Assembly (NCBI GenBank): GCA_035526765.1
Contig: DATLBS010000030.1
Location: forward strand, 191,153-255,152
Length of the DNA: 64,000 nt
Reading direction: 5' to 3'
Source of the DNA: Thermoplasmatota archaeon
Lineage (GTDB): Archaea > Thermoplasmatota > E2 > JACPAO01 > JAHFTW01
The stretch's first letter is position 1, and each line of letters begins with the position of its first letter. Positions 16,788-25,839 of this stretch are shown here, piece by piece. The position numbers and the translations under genes are program-made. The notes beneath the pieces are model-generated. The model was not told the origin of the DNA and made no database searches. It worked only from the letters and a program-made list of their open reading frames with translations.

Positions 16788-17351
16788 ATGTTCCTGTTCG
16801 AGCTGACCCGCAAGGAGACCCTGGGCGAGGCCAACTTCCCCCTCCAGGGGTACCAGGTCAAGCTGACCATCAGCCTGGACTCCGCCCCCGAGGTCGACCT
16901 TCCCCCCAAGGCGCGCCGCCACCTGGCCGCCTGGGTCCTGCAGGAGCTGGCCGAGTCCCTCGACGAGGAGGAGCTGGTGGCCGCCAACGCCCCCGGCTTC
17001 ACCGTGCAGACCGAGACGCCCAGCGCCTCGGAACTGGCCCTGCGCCGCACCGATGGCTGGATGCAGCCCGACGGCCTCGACCTGCGCATCGTCAAGTCGG
17101 CCCACCGCATCATCCTCGAGGTCGCGGAGCGCGGGGTCAGCGGCCGCGTCGTGCTGGCCAGCGAGCTTGTCGGCGCCTCCGGCCTGAGCGCCCCCACCAT
17201 CGGGCGGCTGCTGCGCGACGGCGAGCCCGCCAACGACTACCTCAAGCAGTACGTCATGGTGACCCCCAGCGGCCGCACGAAGGCGCTGGACCTCACGCCC
17301 GCTGGGCGGTTGCTGGCCTCGAAGATCAGGGCTGGCAGCATCCCTGCCTGA
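16788..17351 (+). CDS. Hypothetical protein with a C-terminal winged-helix DNA-binding domain (putative regulator)
   Basis: C-terminal …RVVLASELVGASGLSAPTIGRLLRDGEPANDYLKQYVMVTPSGRTKALDLTPAGRLLA is a TrmB/MarR-like wHTH. Start at the ATG at 16788. Confidence 0.5.
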   Translation: MFLFELTRKETLGEANFPLQGYQVKLTISLDSAPEVDLPPKARRHLAAWVLQELAESLDEEELVAANAPGFTVQTETPSASELALRRTDGWMQPDGLDLRIVKSAHRIILEVAERGVSGRVVLASELVGASGLSAPTIGRLLRDGEPANDYLKQYVMVTPSGRTKALDLTPAGRLLASKIRAGSIPA

Positions 17352-17474
17352 CCGGCCCACCGAACAGGGATTTCGGGGAAACTTGCAACGACCGTGGTCC
17401 CCGGAACCCCCGTAATCCCTGTTTTAGCGGGCGAGGACGCGATGGCTTGAAACCCCCAATTGGAATCCAACCGC

Positions 17475-17738
17475 ATGTTCGGCCCCAAGGGTCCCTTCTG
17501 CCAGAGCTGCGGCATGCCCCTTTCGAAGGACAAGGGCGGGGGCGGTACAGAGAAGGACTGGACCAAGAGCACGGAGTACTGCAGCAACTGCTACCGCGCG
17601 GGGGAGTTCACGCAGCCGGACCTCACCGTCGGCCAGATGCAGGAGCGCGTCATGGGCCGCATGAAGGAGATGCACATCCCGGGGTTCATGGCTCGCCGGT
17701 TCACCAAGGGCATCCCTGACCTGAAGCGTTGGCGCTAG
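17475..17738 (+). CDS. Zinc-ribbon domain protein (putative zinc ribbon family)
   Basis: MFGPKGPFCQSCGMPL…YCSNCYRAGEF has the two CxxC pairs of the bacterial/archaeal zinc-ribbon DUF. 87 aa. Confidence 0.65.
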   Translation: MFGPKGPFCQSCGMPLSKDKGGGGTEKDWTKSTEYCSNCYRAGEFTQPDLTVGQMQERVMGRMKEMHIPGFMARRFTKGIPDLKRWR

Positions 17739-17747
17739 CCGACCCGC

Positions 17748-18575
17748 TCAGCCGGCGACGTCCCGTTGCTGGAACAGCGTCACCGCGACCACCAGCATGA
17801 TGCCCATGTAGACCAGCAGGAGCGTGGCCGCCATGGGGCCGTCAAGTCCCGGCGGCTGCCCCGGCTGCGGCGGAGCCCCCCAGGACATGAAGCTCTGCAG
17901 CGTCCGGCCCGGCAGGTACTTCGCGGCCTTGTTGAACGCCAGGCTGACGATGGGCTCGGCCACGACCGTGTACCCGATGCCGATGCCGACGGCCGCAGCG
18001 GAGGCACGCAGCAGGATGGCAAGCAAGAGGCCGATGACGCCCCAGGCCCAGGCCCCCAGGATGACGCGCAGCACGAGGAGCCCCGCGTCCCGCAGGCTGC
18101 CCTGCGTGAACCACGGCGTCGCGTCGAGGCCTTTCGCCGCGGCAAGGACGGCGGCCAGGAGGCTCTGCAGCACGAAGGCGGCAAGGGTCGCCAAGGTGAC
18201 GAGGAGGGCAAGGGCGAGGGCCTTCCCGAACAGGACGCGCAGGCGGCGGGGTTCCCGCGCCAGGAGGGCCTTGAGCGTCCCCTGGCTGTACTCGGCGCCG
18301 AGGTTCTGGGCGAAGATGACGAGGGAGACGATGCCGATGAGCTGGCCGGTGAGCGCGAAGGCCAGCACCATGCCGCCCTCCGTCTGCAGCATCTCGCGCG
18401 TGATGGTGCCGCGCCCGCTCAGCAGGTCCTCGCGGGTGATGTCGGCCTCCGGCTTGGCCATGGCGAACATGAGGCCGGTGATCAGGAGCGTGAGGGCCAC
18501 GATGGTCCCCCCACCGCCCAGGAGGACGCCGGGGCGCATGAGGCGCACCCACTCGCTGGAGAAGGCCCTCATCAT
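17748..18575 (-). CDS. ABC-2 family transporter permease
   Basis: 275 aa with 6 TM helices. The start (MMRAF…) overlaps the stop of the upstream ABC ATPase (ATGA). Confidence 0.8.
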   Translation of the reverse strand: MMRAFSSEWVRLMRPGVLLGGGGTIVALTLLITGLMFAMAKPEADITREDLLSGRGTITREMLQTEGGMVLAFALTGQLIGIVSLVIFAQNLGAEYSQGTLKALLAREPRRLRVLFGKALALALLVTLATLAAFVLQSLLAAVLAAAKGLDATPWFTQGSLRDAGLLVLRVILGAWAWGVIGLLLAILLRASAAAVGIGIGYTVVAEPIVSLAFNKAAKYLPGRTLQSFMSWGAPPQPGQPPGLDGPMAATLLLVYMGIMLVVAVTLFQQRDVAG

Positions 18576-19453
18576 GGCGCGCCCCTCCCCGTCATGCGCA
18601 GGATCGTCTCCTCGAGGTCCTTGGTGCTGGGGCGCAGCTCGCACAGGACGATGCCCGCCGCCATGGCCCGGCGGTTGATGTCGGCGGAGGCCTCGGGGCC
18701 GGCGTGGACGTGCAGCGTGCCATCCTTGGCCTCGACGGGGTGCCCGGCCTTGCGGAGGAGGTCGGCCAGCGCCGCGTGGCGGGTGCGGTCCTCGGCCACG
18801 ACGACAAGGCCCTGCTTGCGGACGAGCCCTTCGAGGCCGCCCTGGTAGAGAAGGCGGCCCTTGCGCACGACGATGAGGTGGTCGCACATCTTCTGGATCT
18901 CGGAGAGCAGGTGACTGGAGACGAAGACGGTCTTCCCTGCGTCGCCCAGGCCGCGCAGGAAGTCACGCACCTCGTGGATGCCGCCTGGGTCGAGGCCGTT
19001 GGTGGGCTCGTCGAGGATGACCAGCTCCGGGTCGGGAAGGAGGGCCGCGGCGATGCCGAGACGCTGCTTCATGCCAAGGGAGTACATCTTGTAGGAGTCC
19101 TGGCCGCGGTCACCAAGCCCCACCTGGGCGAGGAGCCGGGGGATGCGGTCGGTGCTGAAGCCGCCCAGGACCGCCAGGGCGCGCAGGTTGCGGGCCCCGG
19201 ACAGCTGCGGGTAGAACGCGGGAGCCTCGATGAGGGCGCCGACACGGGGGAGATAGCTGCGCGGGCGGGTGATGGGGTGCCCGAGGACGGTGGCGGTGCC
19301 GGAGGTGGGCTGCACGAGGCCCAGCAGCATGCGGATCGTGGTCGTCTTGCCGGCGCCGTTGGGGCCGATGAAGCCGGTGACGCCGCCGCGGGGGACCTCG
19401 AAGGAGATGCCGTCGACGGCGGTGGTGGACGCGTAGCGCTTCGTGAGCGCCAT
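18572..19453 (-). CDS. ABC transporter ATP-binding protein
   Basis: Walker A GPNGAGKTT, signature LSGGMKQR-like (YSLGMKQRL), Walker B LVILDEPTNGLD. ATG at 19453; could extend to the GTG at 19516. Confidence 0.85.
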   Translation of the reverse strand: MALTKRYASTTAVDGISFEVPRGGVTGFIGPNGAGKTTTIRMLLGLVQPTSGTATVLGHPITRPRSYLPRVGALIEAPAFYPQLSGARNLRALAVLGGFSTDRIPRLLAQVGLGDRGQDSYKMYSLGMKQRLGIAAALLPDPELVILDEPTNGLDPGGIHEVRDFLRGLGDAGKTVFVSSHLLSEIQKMCDHLIVVRKGRLLYQGGLEGLVRKQGLVVVAEDRTRHAALADLLRKAGHPVEAKDGTLHVHAGPEASADINRRAMAAGIVLCELRPSTKDLEETILRMTGRGAP

Positions 19454-19691
19454 CACCTGGATGGCGGCTTCGCGGGGCGGGGCCTCTGCCGCGCGTCCCC
19501 CTTGCGGCGCGCGCACGAGGCGGGTCCGGGCCAGGCGGGGCGTGCTGGCCGGGCTGGCGGGTGGGCGGGCGACCACGGGGGGCCATGGCCGCGTGGCTAT
19601 ACAACCGCGACCAGGCTCGGTGCGGTCGTGGTGCCTCGGGTGGCGGTCCCCGGCGCGCGGCAAGGGCTGGCCGCCTTTCGGTCGGCAGGGC

Positions 19692-19699
19692 TTTTATAC
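19692..19699. promoter_or_regulatory. TATA-like box TTTTATAC (TATAAAA on the minus strand) in the intergenic region between the divergent ABC operon and rpl11
   Basis: The only AT-rich octamer in 19460-19850. It sits about 150 nt upstream of the rpl11 ATG. Confidence 0.4.
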
Positions 19700-19851
19700 G
19701 TCCCCTTTGTCGAGCGGTCTGCCCTCCATCCCTGTGCGTCCGCGTCCCCCTGGGCTGCGGGCGACTACCACGGGACGAGAGCCGGTCTGCGACATCCCGT
19801 CAGGGAATCTGCGGGATCTGAGCTCTCGAATACGGGTCGGAGACAACCACA

Positions 19852-20325
19852 ATGGCACAGACTATCGAGACCGTCGTCGACGGCGGCAAGGCAGCAGCGG
19901 GCCCCCTGGGCCCTGTCCTGGGTCCCACGGGCGTCAACATGGGCCAGGTCATCGTGAAGATCAACGAGGCGACCAAGCCCTTCGCGGGCATGAAGGTCCC
20001 CATCAAGATCGTCATCGGCGACCGGAAGGACTTCACCATCGAGGTCGGCACGCCCCCGGTGAGCCAGCTCGTGCTGAACAAGACCAAGATCGAGAAGGGC
20101 TCGGGCACCCCGAACAAGAGCCAGGTCGGCAACCTCACGATCAAGCAGGCCATCGAGATCACCAAGATGAAGGGCAACACCATGCTCGGTGGCTCCCTCA
20201 AGGCCCGCGTCAAGGAAGTCGTCGGCACGTGCAGCTCCATGGGCGTCACCGTCGAGGGGCGCATCGCCAAGGAAGTCTCGAAGGCCATCGAGGCCGGCGA
20301 GTTCGACTCCCAGATCAAGGAGTAG
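19852..20325 (+). CDS. rpl11: 50S ribosomal protein uL11
   Basis: MAQTIETVVDGGKAAAGPLGPVLGPTGVNMGQVIVKINEATKPFAGMKVPIKI is the archaeal/eukaryal-type uL11 N-terminus. 157 aa. Confidence 0.9.
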   Translation: MAQTIETVVDGGKAAAGPLGPVLGPTGVNMGQVIVKINEATKPFAGMKVPIKIVIGDRKDFTIEVGTPPVSQLVLNKTKIEKGSGTPNKSQVGNLTIKQAIEITKMKGNTMLGGSLKARVKEVVGTCSSMGVTVEGRIAKEVSKAIEAGEFDSQIKE

Positions 20326-20407
20326 GCGTACGCCCGCTCCCTCCTCCTCCATTCCCTCTCCTTCTCCCCCCGCTTCTTCGCCCATCGCTGCCGCCAGCGC
20401 CAGCCCC

Positions 20408-20644
20408 GTGCCCCCGGAGGGCACCGTCAAGGCCGAGCGCCTCATCCTCGGCCTGTTCATCGCCCTGGCGGCCGCCACCGCCATCGCGCTGCTGTGGTTC
20501 ATCCAGATCACGGAGCAGCGGCTCGCGCCCGTCGACTTCGCCCGCATCAAGTGGCGCCTCTACGGAGCGCTGCTAGGGGACCTTCTGGCCCCCGTCGTGG
20601 CGTGGTTCGTCATCAAGGCCATCAATCAACGCCGGGCCATCTAA
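20408..20644 (+). CDS. Possible small two-TM membrane protein (78 aa, GTG start)
   Basis: VKAERLILGLFIALAAATAIALLWFI…LYGALLGDLLAPVVAWFVIKAINQRRAI. Only the part downstream of rpl11 looks protein-like. Confidence 0.35.
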   Translation: MPPEGTVKAERLILGLFIALAAATAIALLWFIQITEQRLAPVDFARIKWRLYGALLGDLLAPVVAWFVIKAINQRRAI

Positions 20645-20663
20645 GGGCAAGATGCGGACCCAA

Positions 20664-20731
20664 AGTCCTGCATTCGACTACATGAGGCTGCATGGGGCTA
20701 CGTAGTCCTGCGTTCGCGGATGCAGTCCTGC
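20664..20731. repeat. Three direct copies of AGTCCTGC (at 20664, 20704, 20724) plus the palindromes CCTGCGCAGG and GTGCAC in a 340-bp convergent intergenic region
   Basis: Read directly. Copy spacing is 40 bp and 20 bp. Confidence 0.7.
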
Positions 20732-20987
20732 GGTGCACCTCATTGGCCTGCGCAGGCCTCGGATGTATGCACTGATCTGCTCGACTCATGTTGTGGGGGC
20801 GGGGCAAGTCCTTCTCGGCCTGGGCGGTCGCGCCGCGCAGCGGCCCCGAGGAGCAGCGACGAGGGACGAAGCCGGCCGCGCGATGAGCGCGGCCACGCTG
20901 GTGCGACCGCCCTCTCCTCGGGGTGCAGGGGCGGAGCACCTGCGAAGGATTTGGCTCTCGGACGAATGGCCGCAGGCCATTCGGCCG

Positions 20988-21980
20988 CTAGGCAAAGCAG
21001 TAAACGTCGTGCAAGAATTCTCCCACTGCCTTCGTGGGGATCTTGGCTCCCGCCGAGTGGGGATGTCCGCCCCCGACGATGCCGTGCTGCGCCGTGAAAT
21101 CCGTCACGAACTGCCCCAGGTTCAGGTGGTCCGTCTCGGCGCCCCGTCCCGTGCGGCGGAGGCTCATGCTGCTGAGCTCGTTGCGGCGGTTGAGGAGGAT
21201 GGACACGGAGGCTCCCAGTTCCTTGGCGACCTCCGCAAGGGCGCGGCTGCCGAACCCGAAAAGGCTGGGCTTGCGGCGGCCGAACCGTAGCAGGGCCACG
21301 TTGTGCTTCAGTTCGATGCGTTCGCGGACGCGGTCGAGGGCGCGGTCCCACCTCTGTTCGTTGACCATCTGGAGGTAGCGGGCCTTGACCTCGGGGACCT
21401 CGCTGGGCCACTTGCCGGAGGCCAGCTTGAGGGCGGCGGCGTAGCGGAATCGGTCGTCGTCCACGCGGTAGCGCCACGCGAAGTCGATCATGCGGGCCTC
21501 CTCCTCGAGGCGGTCGGTGCCGACGTCGGCCTCGACTTCCTGCAGGAGAGGGCTGGGGCAGTACTCGACGAGGTCGGCAAGCGCCACGAGGTGGCGGTGG
21601 GCGCCGTTCAGGCCAAGGTAATCGTAGGCGACCCCGGCGGCGGAGACCCCTTGGCGGACGATGCCTTCCATCTCCCCGTCCAGCTCGTCCAGGTGCAGGC
21701 CGCTTTGCTCGTGGTGGTCGAGGTAGTGCACCTGCTGGCGCGTCTTGGCCTTGTCATTCAGCGTCTTGATGAGGCGCGGCGTGAGGCCCAGGTCCACGAG
21801 GTAGAAGTCGTGGCTCGCGATGTCCTTGCGCAGCACGTCGACGGCCATGTCCCCACTGGGGACGAAGCTGACCTTGGTGGCGGGGTCCTTCGCGAGGAAC
21901 AGGGCGGCGCTGACGATGCCGTCCACGTTGCCGCGCGTCAGGAGATGGGTCTTCCTGTCGTCTCGGGAGCGGAGGTCCAT
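20988..21980 (-). CDS. DHH-family phosphoesterase (NrnA-like nanoRNase/pAp phosphatase)
   Basis: …VHYLDHHEQSG… DHH motif, a Gly-rich C-terminal DHHA1-like region, 330 aa. Confidence 0.8.
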   Translation of the reverse strand: MDLRSRDDRKTHLLTRGNVDGIVSAALFLAKDPATKVSFVPSGDMAVDVLRKDIASHDFYLVDLGLTPRLIKTLNDKAKTRQQVHYLDHHEQSGLHLDELDGEMEGIVRQGVSAAGVAYDYLGLNGAHRHLVALADLVEYCPSPLLQEVEADVGTDRLEEEARMIDFAWRYRVDDDRFRYAAALKLASGKWPSEVPEVKARYLQMVNEQRWDRALDRVRERIELKHNVALLRFGRRKPSLFGFGSRALAEVAKELGASVSILLNRRNELSSMSLRRTGRGAETDHLNLGQFVTDFTAQHGIVGGGHPHSAGAKIPTKAVGEFLHDVYCFA

Positions 21981-22057
21981 CGCCGGTGCAATCCCGCAGG
22001 GAAATCCACCCGCGACCTATGAAGGGCTTGCGGTTTCTTCTCCTGGCCGCCAAAGCG

Positions 22058-22378
22058 CTATTTCCGCTGGAGCCCGCGCGCCTGGCGACGCGTCCGCCGG
22101 CCCTGCGTACGGCAGCGCGGGCAAGCCCCGAGGGGGGCGGGGCGGCCACAGACGGTGCACCAGCGCTGGCCCTCGCGGGGCGGTGTGAAGAGCCCCGGCA
22201 TCGTGGGACCGCGCATCGTGGCCCAGAAGGGAAGGAGGGAGATTCCGACACAGGCGGCGGCCACGAGGAGGAGACCCGCCAGGGGATCGAGGAGGAACCC
22301 CAGCGTGATGCGGCCCAGCAGCGCGAAGGCGAGAGCTGCCGCCACGAGCCCCAACGCAGCGATGGCCCGTCCCCGCAC
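22058..22378 (-). CDS. Possible small membrane protein with a C-terminal CxxC…CxxC zinc ribbon (106 aa, GTG start)
   Basis: Two hydrophobic helices, then CTVCGRPAPLGACPRC. Sits between dphB and the DHH gene on the same strand. No ATG start. Confidence 0.3.
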   Translation of the reverse strand: MRGRAIAALGLVAAALAFALLGRITLGFLLDPLAGLLLVAAACVGISLLPFWATMRGPTMPGLFTPPREGQRWCTVCGRPAPLGACPRCRTQGRRTRRQARGLQRK

Positions 22379-22490
22379 GCTGCCCGATTCAGGGTCGAAG
22401 GGATGAACTGTGTGGCTGGGTCCTGCGAACGTCCGGTCCGCCAACGGCTGTGGCAGGAAGGTGGGACCCGCGGCACGCGCGGCCCTTGGG

Positions 22491-23255
22491 TCAGCGGAGC
22501 AGGTCCCACGCCTCTTGCTCGACCACTTGCAGGGCACCAGGCACGACGAGGCAGTGCAGGGGCTTGCCGAAGTCCATGCCGGCCACCTCCGCCACGGGCC
22601 CAGTGCGCCGGATGCCCTCGTCGGATCCTGCCCTGGCCACCACACCGACCTGCGTCTGACCATCGAACCAGGCATTGCCGGTGCGCTGCGCCAGCTCCAG
22701 GAGGATGCGCAATCCCTCGTTGGCCGTCATGAAGTAGCCCTCGTCGGCCTTGATGTCGAGGAGGACCAGGGTGTGCAGGCCGCGGACCTGGTTCTCGGCC
22801 AGGGCGTCGAAGGGGCTGGTGGGGGACCAGTTCGCCTCGGGCCGGACCAAGGTCGTGGTGCGTCCGAACTTGTAGTGCTGCAGCCCCAGGAGACCCGGGG
22901 CGGCGGAGTAGATGCTGGAGCCGTGGACGATCCGCACCCTGACCCCTGCCGCCTGGGCGCGCACCAGCAGGTCGGTGTGGGTGGTGGCGGTGAGCGGGTC
23001 CCCTGCGGTGAGGAGGCAGACCTCCTTGTTCCGGGCCTCCTCCACCAGGTCCTTGCCGCCCTTCTCGACGCCAAGCCGGTCGAGCACCTGGACAGGCCTG
23101 CCGAGGAACCGTTCCAGCTCCTGGTGCGGGGTCCCCGTGAGGATGGCCGTGTAGAACTCGGCGTAGACCGAGTCGGCGGCGCGGATGCGCTCCAGGCCCT
23201 TGACGGAGACGTCCTTGGCGTCGTGCAGGCCCAGGCCGACGAGATGCAGCGCCAC
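22491..23255 (-). CDS. dphB: Diphthine synthase (Dph5/DphB)
   Basis: ALHLVGLGLHDAKDVSVKGLERIRAADSVYAEFYTAIL matches Mj DphB ([38 protein letters not shown]). GTG start at 23255, 254 aa. Confidence 0.85.
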   Translation of the reverse strand: MALHLVGLGLHDAKDVSVKGLERIRAADSVYAEFYTAILTGTPHQELERFLGRPVQVLDRLGVEKGGKDLVEEARNKEVCLLTAGDPLTATTHTDLLVRAQAAGVRVRIVHGSSIYSAAPGLLGLQHYKFGRTTTLVRPEANWSPTSPFDALAENQVRGLHTLVLLDIKADEGYFMTANEGLRILLELAQRTGNAWFDGQTQVGVVARAGSDEGIRRTGPVAEVAGMDFGKPLHCLVVPGALQVVEQEAWDLLR

Positions 23256-23356
23256 GCTCCCGGGAGGGAGGCAACCCTTGAAAGGTGCGGCCTCGGCGCC
23301 GCAAGTTCTGCGATGCATCAAGAACGTTCATGAGCTGGCCCCCACCTGGTCCTTGG

Positions 23357-24190
23357 ATGCGGCTGTCCGGGCCGTTGCTGGCCCTCGCTTTGGCTGCAGT
23401 GACGCTGCCATCGGTCGTGGCCACGTCCCCCGCCCCTCCGTACAGTTCCACCGTCGAAGGGGACGCCCGTGTTGGCTCCATGATCACGTTGAACGTGACC
23501 CTGAAGGCGTACTTCGGGGAACCCGCGCGCCTTGTCGCCTCCCCGATCCTGCATGTCGAGGACGACCCGGATTGGCTCGTCGGCGACGTCGGCCCGCAGA
23601 CGCGTTCTTGGCACCTCAAGGTGGTCGGCACCGGTTTCTGGCGTGCCACGTTGCAGTTCGCCCCGGACCACCCCGGCTTCTCCACGTATTGCTGTGCCGT
23701 GGGCTGGTCTGGGCACGACGGCGGCGATGCGGTCCCCGCGAACCAGGCCCAGACCTACTTTTCGTCTTGGCAGGTCCCAGCCGACCTGCAGGTGTCAGCC
23801 ACCCTGGTCAATGAGACCTACGTCCGGGTCGACGCAGCCGTCCACAGCGGCGATGCGCGCATGGCCACGGCGGACACCACCCTGCGGGTGCACCAACTGG
23901 ACGGCCCATCCGCGACGTTTTTCCTGCCGGAGCGCGGCTACTCGACCGGCGTGGACGCCTACTGGCGTGTCGAGGTCCCAGACCCCGCGGACCCGAAGGC
24001 ACCCCCCGTCCAGCTCGGTGGCCATCTCGTCTGCACGCAGGCGTCGCTGCACCGCCAGAATGGCACCGTGACCCTGGAACGTTCGCCTTGCCCCGTCGCC
24101 GTGGGGGTTCCTGGCCCTTCCTTCCTGCTAGCCGTCGCAGGCCTGGCCGTGGTGGTCGTGGCCCGCCGCCGCCTCAAGCTTTTCCCGTAG
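23357..24190 (+). CDS. Secreted protein with a C-terminal PGF-CTERM-like sorting signal (hypothetical)
   Basis: Signal peptide MRLSGPLLALALAAVTLPSVVA. Sequons NVT, NET and NGT. C-terminus …PGPSFLLAVAGLAVVVVARRRLKLFP. Confidence 0.55.
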   Translation: MRLSGPLLALALAAVTLPSVVATSPAPPYSSTVEGDARVGSMITLNVTLKAYFGEPARLVASPILHVEDDPDWLVGDVGPQTRSWHLKVVGTGFWRATLQFAPDHPGFSTYCCAVGWSGHDGGDAVPANQAQTYFSSWQVPADLQVSATLVNETYVRVDAAVHSGDARMATADTTLRVHQLDGPSATFFLPERGYSTGVDAYWRVEVPDPADPKAPPVQLGGHLVCTQASLHRQNGTVTLERSPCPVAVGVPGPSFLLAVAGLAVVVVARRRLKLFP

Positions 24191-24207
24191 GGCGCTGTCG
24201 CAAGGGC

Positions 24208-25200
24208 ATGGTCCAGGCCTCCGGCGTGCGTGTGCCCCGCTCGCAGGCCGAGGCCACCCGCCGCCGGCTCGTCGAGCTGGACGTCCTGCGCATCGACCTG
24301 GGCGTGGCGCGAGAGGGCGACGACGTGATCTTCCCCGTCCTGGACTCCTGCGGCCCCCGCATGCCGACGGCGCCGTTCGAGTTCGAGGCCCGCACCATCC
24401 GGCCCGCCTCCTACCTCGAGCTGCTTCCCCCCGAGGTGCAGGACGTGGCCCCGCGCGCCTTCGAGGCCGTGGGGGACATCGTCGTCGTCAAGGTGCCGCC
24501 AGCGCAGGCCTCCCATCGCGCCCTCATCGGGGCCGCCCTGCAGAGGTTCCACGGCGCGCGGGCCGTCTTCCACGACAAGGGCGTCAAGGATGAGTTCCGC
24601 GTGCGCGACCTCGAGCTCATCGCGGGCGAGGGCGGCCCGCTCACCCTCGTGAGCGAGAACGGCGTCAAGCTGTGGATCGACCTTTCGAAGGCGTACTTCA
24701 GCCCCCGCCTGGCCGCCGAGCGCGCCCGTGTCGCTGCCCAGGTCCGCCCCGGCGAGCATGTCGTCGACCTCTTCGGCGGGGTCGCGCCCTTCGGCGTGCA
24801 GGCGGCGTTGCGTGGAGCCGTCGTCGACTCCATCGACCTCAACCCCGAAGCGGTGGCGTTGGCGCGCCGCAACGTGGAGGCCAACAAGGTCGAGGCTTCC
24901 GTGCGGCTGCACGAGGGGGATGCGCGCCAGGTCGCCAAGACCCTCGAGCCCGCCGACCGCGTCCTCATGAACCTCCCCCATGGGGCGCGGCACTTCCTGG
25001 ATGTCGCCTGCAAGCTGGTGAAACCAGGAGGCATCGTCCATTACCACGAGATCTCCTCCGTCGAAGGCCTGGACAAGCGGGAGAAGGAGCTCAAGCGCGA
25101 GATGGCCTGGAACGGCCGCCCCGTGCACGCCGTGTCGGTCCGCGTCGTGCGCAACTATTCGCCGCAGGAAGCGCATTTCGCCTTCGACCTCAAGGTGTGA
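24208..25200 (+). CDS. tRNA (guanine37-N1)-methyltransferase Trm5 / Taw2-like (Met-10+ class I SAM methyltransferase)
   Basis: …VVDLFGGVAPFGVQAA… SAM motif, …VLMNLPHGARHFLDVACKL… the family's NLP motif. 330 aa. Confidence 0.8.
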   Translation: MVQASGVRVPRSQAEATRRRLVELDVLRIDLGVAREGDDVIFPVLDSCGPRMPTAPFEFEARTIRPASYLELLPPEVQDVAPRAFEAVGDIVVVKVPPAQASHRALIGAALQRFHGARAVFHDKGVKDEFRVRDLELIAGEGGPLTLVSENGVKLWIDLSKAYFSPRLAAERARVAAQVRPGEHVVDLFGGVAPFGVQAALRGAVVDSIDLNPEAVALARRNVEANKVEASVRLHEGDARQVAKTLEPADRVLMNLPHGARHFLDVACKLVKPGGIVHYHEISSVEGLDKREKELKREMAWNGRPVHAVSVRVVRNYSPQEAHFAFDLKV

Positions 25201-25201
25201 C

Positions 25202-25822
25202 ATGCCCCTTCGCCTCGTCACGCTGGACCTCGACGGGACGCTCATCCCGCGCGACACCGTGTTCGCCGCCGTGCTGCGGGAGAACGGCAGGGCCCGCGAG
25301 GTGGAGGAGTCGGATGCGCGCTACTTCGCGGGGAAGACCACCCTGGCGGAATGCTTCTGGGAGCAGTGGGCGTGGGTCAAGCCCCTGTCGCCCGCGGACA
25401 TCCACCGGGCCCTGCGCAAGGCCAGCTGGCTTCCCGGCATCGGCGAGGGGGTCCGGCAGCTGAAGGAGGCGGGGCTCAAGGTGTGCCTCCTCACGGACCA
25501 GCCCAGCACGTTCACGGATTTCCTTGGGCGGTGGGGCCTCACCGATGCCATCTGCAGCCCGGTCACGGTCAAGGAGGGACGGCAGGTCGCCATCGAGGCC
25601 CGCTTCGACAAGCTTGCGAACCTGCGGCAACGCCTGGGGCAGTGGGGCATCGACCCGGGCGACGTGTGCCACGTCGGCAATGGCGTCAACGACGTTCCGG
25701 TGTTCGAGGCCGTGGGAGCATCGGTGGCCTGCTTCGCGCCTCCGGAGGTCACTGGCCGGGCGCGCGTGGTCCTGCCTGAGCCGGCCGACCTGCCCACCAT
25801 CGTCTCCAGGATCCTGCGTTAG
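25202..25822 (+). CDS. HAD-superfamily hydrolase (phosphoserine-phosphatase-like)
   Basis: Motif I VTLDLDGTL. C-terminal …HVGNGVNDVP… is motif IV (GDGxND). Start is 1 nt after the trm5 stop. Confidence 0.8.
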   Translation: MPLRLVTLDLDGTLIPRDTVFAAVLRENGRAREVEESDARYFAGKTTLAECFWEQWAWVKPLSPADIHRALRKASWLPGIGEGVRQLKEAGLKVCLLTDQPSTFTDFLGRWGLTDAICSPVTVKEGRQVAIEARFDKLANLRQRLGQWGIDPGDVCHVGNGVNDVPVFEAVGASVACFAPPEVTGRARVVLPEPADLPTIVSRILR

Positions 25823-25839
25823 TCATCCCGGCGCGTTCA

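Noticed and set aside
21986-22732. 248-aa plus-strand ORF between the DHH gene and dphB
   Set aside because: It is Arg/Pro-rich and antisense to the more protein-like small TM/zinc-ribbon ORF and to dphB.
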